In this document: piece by piece, positions 1-15,278 of the stretch | How the letters are laid out: each line of letters opens with the position of its first letter | Numbering within the stretch: the stretch's first letter is position 1 | Origin: Eledone cirrhosa | Taxonomy: Eukaryota | Reading direction: 5' to 3' | Length of the DNA stretch: 35,978 nucleotides | NCBI GenBank assembly: GCA_964016885.1 | Contig: CAXHJY010001218.1 | Location: 1-35,978 of the forward strand | Made by a program: the position numbers and the translations under genes | Notes under the pieces: generated by a model | Databases searched by the model: none | What the model saw: the letters and a program-made list of their open reading frames with translations, nothing else | Told to the model about the DNA's origin: nothing

Positions 1-326
1 AGGCATACCGAAAACGATAAATTGAAACAAAATGAAAACGAAATTTCATTTCTCACTCTTAGTATGGCAATTACTTAAATGTAAGTATGCATGTATACGT
101 ACTACATATATGTATACAGACGTACAGTAGCATGCACATATATATATATATATATACATATATACATACATATGCATACAGGTACACATACATATATGCA
201 CGTATCAGTTTAGCGGCGCTTATTATAACGTCGCTTTGTTCGTTTGTAAACAAACTGAACAGCCTGAATTTATGCCATACGGTGTTAAGGCAACCACGTC
301 ACCTTTTTGTTCAACACTGACACAGG

Positions 327-371
327 AACGATGTACTAGTTTCAAGCTTGTTAGCTATCATCAGCACCGTT
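327..371 (-). ncRNA. Minimal type I hammerhead ribozyme (474-bp unit, copy 1)
   Basis: Minus strand reads AACGGTG-CTGATGA-T-AGCT(AACA)AGCT-T-GAA-ACTAGT-A-CATCGTT: 7-bp stem I with one G-U, 4-bp stem II, palindromic stem III ACTAGT, GUA cleavage triplet. Confidence 0.75.
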
Positions 372-800
372 TACCCATCTGCCAGATAGTTGAACGTTCC
401 AAAGTATATACTTTCCTTATGAAAATTAACGGCTGAGCAGCCTAATTTGCATATTGAGTGAGTTAAATCGGTCAGGCATACCGAAAACGATAAATTGAAA
501 CAAAATGAAAACGAAATTTCATTTCTCACTCTTAGTATGGCAATTACTTAAATGTAAGTATGCATGTATACGTACATACATATATGTATACAGACGTACA
601 GTAGCATGCACATATATATATATATATATACATATATACATACATATGCATACAGGTACACATACATATATGCACGTATCAGTTTAGCGGCGCTTATTAT
701 AACGTCGCTTTGTTCGTTTGTAAACAAACTGAACAGCCTGAATTTATGCCATACGGTGTTAAGGCAACCACGTCACCTTTTTGTTCAACACTGACACAGG

Positions 801-845
801 AACGATGTACTAGTTTCAAGCTTGTTAGCTATCATCAGCACCGTT
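801..845 (-). ncRNA. Minimal type I hammerhead ribozyme (474-bp unit, copy 2)
   Basis: Identical to 327-371. Confidence 0.75.
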
Positions 846-1513
846 TACCCATCTGCCAGATAGTTGAACGTTCGAAAGTATATACTTTCCTTATGAAAAT
901 TAACGGCTGAGCAGCCTAATTTGCATATTGAGTGAGTTAAATCGGTCAGGCATACCGAAAACGATAAATTGAAACAAAATGAAAACGAAATTTCATTTCT
1001 CACTCTTAGTATGGCAATTACTTAAATGTAAGTATGCATGTATACGTACATACATATATGTATACAGACGTACAGTAGCATGCACATATATATATATATA
1101 TATACATATATACATACATATGCATACAGGTACACATACATATATGCACGTATCAGTTTGTTTACAAACGAACAAAGCGACGTTATAATAAGCGCCGCTA
1201 AACTGATACGTGCATATATGTATGTGTACCTGTATGCATATGTATGTATATATGTATATATATATATATATATGTGCATGCTACTGTACGTCTGTATACA
1301 TATATGTATGTACGTATACATGCATACTTACATTTAAGTAATTGCCATACTAAGAGTGAGAAATGAAATTTCGTTTTCATTTTGTTTCAATTTATCGTTT
1401 TCGGTATGCCTGACCGATTTAACTCACTCAATATGCAAATTAGGCTGCTCAGCCGTTAATTTTCATAAGGAAAGTATATACTTTCGAACGTTCAACTATC
1501 TGGCAGATGGGTA

Positions 1514-1558
1514 AACGGTGCTGATGATAGCTAACAAGCTTGAAACTAGTACATCGTT
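1514..1558 (+). ncRNA. Minimal type I hammerhead ribozyme (474-bp unit, inverted copy)
   Basis: AACGGTG CTGATGA TAGCTAACAAGCTT GAAACTAGTA CATCGTT; predicted cleavage after 1551. Confidence 0.75.
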
Positions 1559-1800
1559 CCTGTGTCAGTGTTGAACAAAAAGGTGACGTGGTTGCCTTAA
1601 CACCGTATGGCATAAATTCAGGCTGTTCAGTTTGTTTACAAACGAACAAAGCGACGTTATAATAAGCGCCGCTAAACTGATACGTGCATATATGTATGTG
1701 TACCTGTATGCATATGTATGTATATATGTATATATATATATATATATGTGCATGCTACTGTACGTCTGTATACATATATGTATGTACGTATACATGCATA

Positions 1801-4139
<2,339 letters not shown>

Positions 4140-7100
4140 CTAAGGCGGGTAAAATTCCCGAGATCCATGGACGAGTTCTCTCCAGCGGTCTCTGTCCCTC
4201 ATTATCGCTGCCATATCCTGCATCTCCAACAGACCAGTGTCTGTCCTTAGGGCATCAACATTTGTTAACCTTGGTCTTCCTCTTCTAGTGTGTCCATGTA
4301 GGGGCTCCCAAAGGAGCACTGAGTGCAATGTCAACTCTGGATGTCGGTGAGCACGTCCAGCCAACCTCAGTTACCTCTGTGTCACTTTTGAGCTGACTTT
4401 TGGGATGCTCCCATACAGCTCTGAGTTGTTCATCCTCAGTGTATACTGATTAATGTTCAGAGCCATCCTGAGCATTCTCGTGTAGCACCCATCCACCATC
4501 TGAGTGAGTCTCTTGGTCAGTGTCCAAGTCTCAGACACATACAGCAGCACAGACTCCACTACAGCAATGAAGAGGCGGATTTTCAGGTCTCTACGAAGGT
4601 CCGACTTCCACACCGATCTCAAGCTGTGACACGCCACCCAGGCCTTGCTCTTCCTCTCAACCACATCATCTTCCGTATTCCCAATCTTTGCTCCCAAATA
4701 CAGGAAGTCCTCAACCAATTCCAGCGGCTTCCGGCCTACATTAGTGATCCCCTCTGGCTTCTCAACATTCTCTACCAGATATTTTGTTTTAGTCTCATTC
4801 ATTCTCAGCCCCACACTCATCGACACAGTCTCAACCTCCCGCATCAAATCCTCTGCCTCCTTTACTGTATTTGTCACCAAAACTATGTCGTCGGCAAATT
4901 CAGCATCCGATACCTTTTTCGCCCCAACTCTCCTGCTCTGAGCCGGTGTTACAGTAAAGCCAGAGTCCTGGTGTTTCTCCAGTGCAAGGCGCATACAATA
5001 GTCCACTGCGATGATAAAAAGGTAGGGAGCCAATGTATCTCCCTGGAGCACTCCAGCCAGTATCTCAAAGAACTCTGTCATCCCATCAGGTGTAATGACT
5101 TGGGCTTTGGTGTTGGTGTAGAGCAGTGATATCAGGTACACTATCCTCTTGGGGATTCCATAAGCCTGTAAGATCTTCATCAGGCAGTAACGGTCCACAG
5201 AATCAAAGGCCTTCCTAAAGTCAATGAAAACCATGACCGCAGGAAGACACTTTGCTCTAGCTCCCTCTAATATCCTCCTCAGCATCAGAATGTGACTGGT
5301 GGTTGATCTACCCTCTCTGAAGCCGTTCTGGTTGTCCCTGAGCTTCTTCTCCATCTCAGGCTGGATCCTGTTAAGAATCATCCTGTTGAGGGTCTTTGCC
5401 ACAAGTGACGTCAGTGAGATCCCCCGGTAGTTGTTGGTGTTAGAGAGATCTCCCTTCTTTGGCACTGGGACGATGTTACTGATCCTCCACTGATTCAGGG
5501 CAACTCCTTTCTCCAGTGCCCCGTTACAGAACCCCAGGATGATATCATAAAAATCACACCTCTTCATCACCTCTGATGCCACTCCATCTTCTCCATGAGC
5601 CTTGCCCTCCTTGATCTTCTTCTTGGCTCTCTGAAGCTCCTCTCTGGTGAAGGGCTCTGTCTCAACATCCAGTTCCTCAAACAGCCGCCTGATCTCCCCA
5701 GTGCTCTGGGCTGTGGAGGGTGGCTCTCCTAGTAGGCTCCTAAAATGGTCTAGCATTTCCTCTTCCTATCCTCGGGCCCCGTTCCCTGGATCTGACTCGA
5801 ACACCTTTTCTTCCTCCCTGTGATCTCGTTGATGATCATCCAGCTCTCCTTACATCCAGATCTGTCAACCGCTCTCTCCACACTTCTGATATTCTCTATC
5901 AGTGCCTCCTCTCTGACCTCAGTGTAAGCGGTACAGAGCTCTTCCCTCATCACCTCGACAGTCTCCATCCTCTCCTCCGTAGGATCAGCATAGAATTGGT
6001 CCCTGGCAGCTTTCAGGTGTTCTCTGGCTGCACACACTTTTGGGTTTGCAGAGCTGACGTGCTTCCCTTTGTTCTTTTTCCTCGGCACCAGGGTTTCACT
6101 TGCTTTCGCCACTGCATTGGTGAAGTGCCCGTACCTCCTCGTCACACTCTCCCCAGTCCATCCAATCTCTCTCTCCTCTGACTCTCCACACAGAGCACTA
6201 AACCTGTTTCTCACTTCCACTGTGAACCTCTCCTGTAGCTTATCATCTTCCTTGAAAGCTCCCCAGTCATAGATTGTTCTCCGGGGCTGAGCCTTGCTCT
6301 TTCTTAAGTTCACGCGGACCTCACTCATAACAAGCCGGTGGTCACTACCCAGTGTACTGAAATAGCTGTATGGTTCCGTGTTCAGAACACTATTCCGCCA
6401 CTTTTTCCTCACCAGAATGAAATCAATCTGGGACTTGGACAGGTGCATATCTGAGATGTAGGTCCACATCTTCCCCAGATTCTTCCTAAACCTTAGGTTG
6501 GTCGCCATCAAGTTCGCCTCCAGCAGGGTGTCTCTCAGTAGTCTTACATTTCGGTTGGTGTTGTTATGGAAGTACCAGCAAGGATCTTCACTGCCCTCCT
6601 TACTCAGATGTGCATTGACGTCCCCCAAAACAAGCAGGATATTGTGTGCCTGAGTGGTGTTGACAGCTCTACACACCTCCTCATGGAACTCCTCGGCATT
6701 CACATCACTGTCCCCCTCGGTTGGACTATAGGCTGAGATGACTGTCAGTCTTGGGTTTCCATTGAAGGTCACCCTCAACACTCGCGGGGAGATAGGCATT
6801 ATTTCCCTCACCAACAGATTGGTTTTTGCACTGAACACAAAACCCACTCCTCCTACTGCAGCATTTGTTGTGTTCTTCACTGCCGATGTAGTGATGAGCT
6901 GGCTCTTCCTCCCGATCATCACACTCCTCACGGGCTCATCGTGTAGAATCCTGTGTTCTTGGATCGCAAGTATCTGTATACCACTCTCCTCGAACAGATG
7001 TCCCAACTCCTCTCTCTTCTCCAGCGTTCGAATAGTCCTCACATTCAAAGTGCCCATTTTGATGGCTCTTCTGCAGGACAAAACTGCATTCTTTATATTT

Positions 7101-7246
7101 GTCTCAGAGACAGCTGATCCATCATCCACTGGCCCTCTCTGTGGCTGTAAGCCAGCAGAGTCATAACGACCAGGCTGCTCCTTGACAGTGTAATTAGGGG
7201 CTCTAACCCTAGTGCTGTTAGATCGACTCTCCATATTTCTTTTCAA
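4140..7246 (-). pseudogene. RTE APE endonuclease-reverse transcriptase polyprotein, disrupted
   Basis: APE motifs GTLNVRT, AIQEHR, SAYSPT, GDVNAH, QIDFILV, GSDH. RT motifs NYRGISL, QNGFR, FIDFRKAFD, GVLQGDTLAP, FADD. C-terminal RLAG...GRP. Frameshift near 5753 (TGC TAG where TGG CTA would keep the frame) and an in-frame TAA at 4371-4373. Confidence 0.92.
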
Positions 7247-7446
7247 TGGCTGACATTAACTTACCGGCGCCACTCGAATAAGGTAGTTATTTAACCCATA
7301 AATGGAGCCCTAAGAGGTACTACCACCCCGGGCCAGGGCAGACCTGGGAGTCATGACAACTAAGGGGTAACTCCACATTCCCCACATCTCCTGAACTCCC
7401 GAAATGGAGCCTTGCCACTGGATGTAGTTTAATGTCATACCCAGGA
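4140..7446 (-). mobile_element. RTE-clade non-LTR retrotransposon, apparently full length (about 3.3 kb), inactivated
   Basis: A 200-nt 5' leader, then one APE-RT reading path with no ORF1. Flanked by a candidate 32-bp target-site duplication (4107-4138 / 7447-7478). Confidence 0.9.
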
Positions 7447-7490
7447 CATATATATATATATACCTATATATATATATACATATATATATA

Positions 7491-8880
7491 TTGAATAAAC
7501 GTTACACTAGATAAACTTCTATATTAAATATAAGAACATATGTAGACCAAATGGGCATGCTAAACTTTTGAAATGATTTCTGCTAGACGCGATTTGGTAA
7601 ATAATTTTTAGCTTTATCTGTTTTCGACTCTGATGCTTATAATGAACTTGGCAATATATTGTCAATTAATTTTGAAGGGTTGATTTTTGTGGTCGATTTG
7701 CGTGGCATATTATGTTTTTATTTTTATTATTTTTTAATATTTTTTAATATTTTTTAATATTTTTTAATATTTTTTTAATATTTTTAATATTTTCATTTTT
7801 AATATGTAATATTTTTTAGTTTTCTATTTATTTGTTTATTATTATTATTATTTTTTGTTTCTGATATTTTTATTAATATATTGAAATCTGTTCTCTATTT
7901 CTGCTTGATAGATAATCATGTAGAGTAAAGACAAGAATAGTATTGTTAAAATTAATATAGACTCTATATATATGTGTGTATATATACACATATATGTATA
8001 CTTAAATTTTTATAGCACAATGAGAATGTTCTCCGTGTGAAATAGGGGTTTGCGGAGTTGATCACGTAAACTCACATCGATGTTTGTAGTTATCATATAA
8101 ACATATGAATTTTTAAAACTAGACATAAGATCATTACTTTTCACACATTATAGATACGTGTCTCATTCAGGAATACTGATATTTACATTATAGTGCCTGG
8201 TTTTTATACGAACTAATATTTCTACATTAAAACATAGGGTTTTTAAACTCTGCCTCGCCTATGTCTGGTTACTTTTCATTTTTCTCTCTATATAACGGCT
8301 GGTTTCTTTCCTAACCACATATATCTCCCTTACATTAATACTAGAGCTAAATAAATAAATAAATAAATAAATGTATCATTGATACGTCGTTCAACTACCT
8401 ACTTTTCTCTATATATATCTATCTCTATCTATCTCCTCTCTCTATATATCTCTCTCTCTGTTTCTTTACATGAAGTTCTTCTCTTTATCTATCTTTCCAT
8501 CTCTCTATTTTGTTGCATGCATTTCTTCTTTTTCTTCTTTTTCTTCGTTTTCTTTCTTTCTTTCCTTCTTTCTTTCTTTCTTTCTTTCTGTTTACAATGT
8601 TTCACTGCCAAATCAACTTTTTCAAATACAAGTCGATGTTGAACGGTATGTCAAATCTATTTATCTATAAAACTGTCTATATTGTATTTTGTCTGAAGAA
8701 GGCATAACATATTGTTAATATGATATCCCTGAAATATATATAATGAAATAAATATGGTTTTATAAATATAGTTTCCATTTATTTAATATCGTAAATATAC
8801 TCCAAATACTTGTTGAGTGCTTTTATATCAGTTATAAATATTTACTAGTTGTAACCCAACATTTTAAATATAACTTTCCA
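7491..8880 (+). mobile_element. Non-coding island with a 3'-proximal hammerhead motif; possible solo PLE pLTR or 3' fragment
   Basis: Bounded by TA satellite. Internal simple repeats (TTTTTTAATA)n at about 7730-7790, (TAAA)n at about 8348-8372 and a (TCTT)n-rich stretch at about 8520-8590. Hammerhead about 130 nt from the right boundary, a layout similar to the two PLE pLTRs in this window. Confidence 0.45.
8685..8750 (+). ncRNA. Candidate type I hammerhead ribozyme
   Basis: TATTTTGT-CTGAAGA-AGGcATAaCATATT(GTT)AATATGaTATcCCT-GAA-ATATATAT-A-ATGAAATA: long stem II hairpin, palindromic stem III, 8-bp stem I with two G-U pairs. Confidence 0.6.
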
Positions 8881-9019
8881 TATATATACATATATATATA
8901 TACATATATATATATACATATATATATATACATATATATACATATATATATATACATATATATACATATATATATATACATATATATACATATATATATA
9001 TATGCCTATATATATATAC

Positions 9020-9052
<33 letters not shown>

Positions 9053-9079
9053 AACATATATATACATATATATATATAC

Positions 9080-9110
<31 letters not shown>

Positions 9111-9217
9111 CATATATATACATATATATATATACATATATATACATATATATATATACATATATATACATATATATATATACATATATATACATATATA
9201 TATATACATATATATAC

Positions 9218-9262
<45 letters not shown>

Positions 9263-9267
9263 TATAC

Positions 9268-9314
<47 letters not shown>

Positions 9315-9319
9315 TATAC

Positions 9320-9350
<31 letters not shown>

Positions 9351-9367
9351 CATATATACATATATAC

Positions 9368-9402
<35 letters not shown>

Positions 9403-9431
9403 CATATATACATATATACATACATATATAT
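8881..9431. repeat. Interrupted (TA)nCA microsatellite
   Basis: Direct reading. Confidence 0.98.
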
Positions 9432-10097
9432 ATATGAAATACGTCCCTTCACGCACAAGGCGCCAAGGTACGCATGTATTGTCCAACCAAGTGCCAGTGT
9501 GGTTCAATGGCGGGTTAATAAATTAACGAGCCAGAACAAATATAAACAAGGTTTAGTAAATAATGAAAAAGTTTCAAAATAAATTTTTAAAAATTGACTT
9601 TACCTACTATAGTTACCTTTACCGATCGGTTTCGAATCCCAAAAATAAAACGGAGACCATACGGCCTTCGTTGCAAAGAGAGATTCTCGTCAGAAGGTTC
9701 TTTTCATTCAAAGAATATAAAATTCCTGAATTTAAATCACAAACTAGCGCTATCAAAAACTGTTCCTGGGATGAGAGTGGATGGTGTAGAACAGGTTTAT
9801 CAAGGGCCGTAGCAAAGATAGAGGCAAAAGGAGGTAGGTCAAACTAGCCACCGCTGTTGCCAGCAGCAGTCGGAATGACCCGGTTTGTTCTCAACGTTTG
9901 TGGAGGTAGTAGTAATATGAAATACGTCCCTTCACGCACAAGGCGCCAAGGTACGCATGTATTGTCCAACCAAGTGCCAGTGTGGCTCAATGGCGGGTTA
10001 ATAAATTAACGAGCCAGAACAAATATAAACAAGGTTTAGTAAATAATGAAAAAGTTTCAAAATAAATTTTAAAAAATTGACTTTACCTACTATAGTT
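9432..10097 (-). mobile_element. 483-bp non-coding unit in partial tandem (1.38 copies) with a hammerhead ribozyme; retrozyme-like
   Basis: 9432-9614 is repeated almost exactly at 9915-10097. Hammerhead at 9615-9698. No ORF on the ribozyme strand. Confidence 0.85.
9615..9698 (-). ncRNA. Type I hammerhead ribozyme with canonical core and extended stem II
   Basis: Minus strand reads ACCTT-CTGACGA-GAATCTC...GGGATTC-GAA-ACCGATCGGT-A-AAGGT: perfect 5-bp stem I, 7-bp G-C-closed stem II capped by a second hairpin (AACG-A-AGGCC-GTAT-GGTCT-C-CGTT), 10-nt palindromic stem III, GUA triplet. Predicted cut between 9620 and 9619. Confidence 0.88.
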
Positions 10098-10356
10098 TAC
10101 ATATATATATATATACATATATATATACATACATATATACATACATATATATATACATACATATATACATACATATATATATACATACATATATACATAC
10201 ATATATATATACATATATATATACATATATATATACATATATATATACATATATATATACATATATATATACATATATATATACATATATATATACATAT
10301 ATATATACATATATATATACATATATATATACATATATATATACATATATATATAC

Positions 10357-10391
<35 letters not shown>

Positions 10392-10552
10392 CATACATAT
10401 ATACATACATATATACATACATATATACATACATATATACATACATATATACATACATATATACATACATATATATATACATACATATATATATACATAT
10501 ATATATACATATATATATACATATATATATATATACATATATATATACATAC

Positions 10553-10583
<31 letters not shown>

Positions 10584-10720
10584 CATATATATATACATAT
10601 ATATATACATATATATATATATACATATATATATACATATATATATATATACATATATATATACATATATATATATATACATATATATATACATATATAT
10701 ATATATACATATATATATAC

Positions 10721-10751
<31 letters not shown>

Positions 10752-10850
10752 CATATATATATACATATATATATATACATACATATATATGTACATATAT
10801 ATATATACATATATAGATATATACATATATATATACATATATATATATAC

Positions 10851-10917
<67 letters not shown>

Positions 10918-10956
10918 CATATATATATACATATATATATACATATATATATATAC

Positions 10957-11001
<45 letters not shown>

Positions 11002-11002
11002 C

Positions 11003-11037
<35 letters not shown>

Positions 11038-11096
11038 AGTATATATATACATATATATATATATATACATATATATGTATACATATATATATATAC

Positions 11097-11131
<35 letters not shown>

Positions 11132-11244
11132 CATATATATACATACATATATATATATACATATATATATATACATATATATATATACATATATATATAT
11201 ACATATATATATATATACATATATATATATACATATATATATAC

Positions 11245-11327
<83 letters not shown>

Positions 11328-11332
11328 CAGAC

Positions 11333-11363
<31 letters not shown>

Positions 11364-11412
11364 TATAGAAATATACATATATATATATACATATATATAT
11401 ATATACATATAC

Positions 11413-11477
<65 letters not shown>

Positions 11478-11561
11478 CATATATATATATATACATATAC
11501 ATATATATATATACATATATATATATACATACATATATATATACATTATATATGAATTTAC

Positions 11562-11601
<40 letters not shown>

Positions 11602-11646
11602 ATTATATATATACATATATATATATACATATATATATATATACAT

Positions 11647-11678
<32 letters not shown>

Positions 11679-11691
11679 CATATATATATAC

Positions 11692-11743
<52 letters not shown>

Positions 11744-11747
11744 ATAC

Positions 11748-11805
<58 letters not shown>

Positions 11806-11893
11806 ATATATACATATACATATACATATATATATATATACATATACATATATACATATATATATATACATATACATATATATATATATACAT

Positions 11894-11939
<46 letters not shown>

Positions 11940-11943
11940 ACAT

Positions 11944-11989
<46 letters not shown>

Positions 11990-11999
11990 ACATATACAT

Positions 12000-12033
<34 letters not shown>

Positions 12034-12121
12034 ATATATACATATACATATACATATATATATATATACATATACATATATACATATATATATATACATA
12101 TACATATATATATATATACAT

Positions 12122-12167
<46 letters not shown>

Positions 12168-12171
12168 ACAT

Positions 12172-12249
<78 letters not shown>

Positions 12250-12357
12250 ATATACATATACATATATATATATACATATACATATATACATATATATATA
12301 TATATACTTATATATATATATACATATATATATATACATATATATATATACATATAC

Positions 12358-12420
<63 letters not shown>

Positions 12421-12499
12421 CATATATATATATACATATATATATATATACATATATATATATACATATACATATATATATATATATACATATATATAC

Positions 12500-12532
<33 letters not shown>

Positions 12533-12574
12533 CACATATATATATATATACATATATATATATACATATACATA

Positions 12575-12608
<34 letters not shown>

Positions 12609-12891
12609 CATATATATATACATATACATATATATATATACATATATATATATATACATACATATATATATATATACATATATATATACATATACATATA
12701 TATATATACATATATATATATATACATATATATATACATATACATATATATATATACATATATATATACATATATATATACATATACATATATATATATA
12801 TACATATATATATACATATATATATATATATACATATATATATATCCATATATATATATATACATATATATATATACATATATATATATAC

Positions 12892-12959
<68 letters not shown>

Positions 12960-12965
12960 ATATAC

Positions 12966-12996
<31 letters not shown>

Positions 12997-13039
12997 CATA
13001 TATATATATACATATATATATATATACATATATATATAC

Positions 13040-13094
<55 letters not shown>

Positions 13095-13138
13095 CATATA
13101 TACATATACATATATATATATATATACATATATATATA

Positions 13139-13219
<81 letters not shown>

Positions 13220-13246
13220 GTATATATATATATGTATATATATATG

Positions 13247-13322
<76 letters not shown>

Positions 13323-13334
13323 TATATGTATATG

Positions 13335-13368
<34 letters not shown>

Positions 13369-13390
13369 TGTATATGTATATATATGTATA

Positions 13391-13422
<32 letters not shown>

Positions 13423-13673
13423 CATATATATATACATATATATATATTTATATATATATATACATATATATATACATATACATATATATACATATACATA
13501 TATATACATATAAATATATATATATATATATATACATATAATTATATATATATATATATATACATATAATTATATATATATATATATACATATAAATATA
13601 TATATATATATACATATAAATATATATATATATATACATATAAATATATATATATATATATATATACATATAA

Positions 13674-13704
<31 letters not shown>

Positions 13705-13821
13705 CATATAAATATATATATATATACATATAAATATATATATACATATAAATATATATATATATACATATAAATATATATATATATATATATATACATA
13801 TAAATATATATATATATATAC

Positions 13822-13852
<31 letters not shown>

Positions 13853-13861
13853 GATATATAT

Positions 13862-13900
<39 letters not shown>

Positions 13901-13919
13901 AATATATATATATATATAC

Positions 13920-13950
<31 letters not shown>

Positions 13951-13969
13951 AATATATATATATATATAC

Positions 13970-14000
<31 letters not shown>

Positions 14001-14029
14001 AATATATATATATATATACATATAAATAT

Positions 14030-14063
<34 letters not shown>

Positions 14064-14127
14064 ACATATATATATATACATATATATACATATATATATA
14101 TACATATACATATATATACATATATAC

Positions 14128-14180
<53 letters not shown>

Positions 14181-14221
14181 CATATATATACATATATATA
14201 TATATATATACATATATATAC

Positions 14222-14270
<49 letters not shown>

Positions 14271-14275
14271 TATAC

Positions 14276-14346
<71 letters not shown>

Positions 14347-14357
14347 CATATATATAC

Positions 14358-14406
<49 letters not shown>

Positions 14407-14411
14407 TATAC

Positions 14412-14478
<67 letters not shown>

Positions 14479-14505
14479 CATATATATACATATATATATA
14501 TATAC

Positions 14506-14542
<37 letters not shown>

Positions 14543-14687
14543 TATACATATATATATACATATATATACATATATATATATATACATATAAATATATATA
14601 TATATATATATATACATATATATACATATATATATATACATATATATACATATATATATATACATATACATATATATACATATATAC

Positions 14688-14744
<57 letters not shown>

Positions 14745-14755
14745 CATATATATAC

Positions 14756-14804
<49 letters not shown>

Positions 14805-14848
14805 TGTATATATATATATACATATATGTATATATATATATATATACA

Positions 14849-14930
<82 letters not shown>

Positions 14931-15093
14931 CATATATAAATATATATATATACATATATATATATATACACACATATATATATATATACATATATATATA
15001 TACATATATATATACATATATATATACATATATATATATATACATATATATATATACATATATATATATATACATATATATATATACATATAG

Positions 15094-15127
<34 letters not shown>

Positions 15128-15159
15128 ATATACATATACATATATACATATATATATAC

Positions 15160-15190
<31 letters not shown>

Positions 15191-15230
15191 CATATATATA
15201 CATATATATATATATATATACATACATATA

Positions 15231-15271
<41 letters not shown>
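10098..15271. repeat. 5.2-kb interrupted (TA)nCA microsatellite with variant domains
   Basis: Direct reading. A TATG patch lies at 13188-13386 and a TAAATA-variant domain at about 13510-14700. Confidence 0.98.

Positions 15272-15278
<7 letters not shown>

Larger units (their letters stand above)
1..1804. mobile_element. 474-bp tandem repeat carrying a hammerhead ribozyme (retrozyme-like or PLE pLTR-like): about 2.4 units in one orientation, then about 1.4 units inverted
   Basis: AGGCATACCGAAAACG recurs at 1, 474 and 948. 1200-1804 is the reverse complement of 555-1159. No meaningful ORF. The array is cut by the left window edge. Confidence 0.85.
555..1804. repeat. Long inverted repeat: about 605-bp arms (555-1159 / 1200-1804) with a 40-nt spacer
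   Basis: Mirror coordinates sum to 2359, and the mirrored ORFs 1022-1321(-) and 1038-1337(+) agree. Confidence 0.95.

Noticed and set aside
1-1159. CRISPR-like or prokaryotic repeat array
   Set aside because: Units are whole-length identical with no unique spacers, no cas genes, and a eukaryotic context.
236-1649. Repeated 60-76 aa ORFs (MFVCKQTEQ..., MKTKFHFS...)
   Set aside because: They recur only because the 474-bp unit repeats, lie antisense to the ribozyme, and show no protein motifs.
5745-5760. Programmed frameshift between the RTE APE and RT ORFs
   Set aside because: No slippery heptamer; RTE elements encode one ORF and a single lost G explains the break.
9563-9847. 94-aa ORF in the 483-bp unit
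   Set aside because: Antisense to the hammerhead with no recognisable motif; probably chance.
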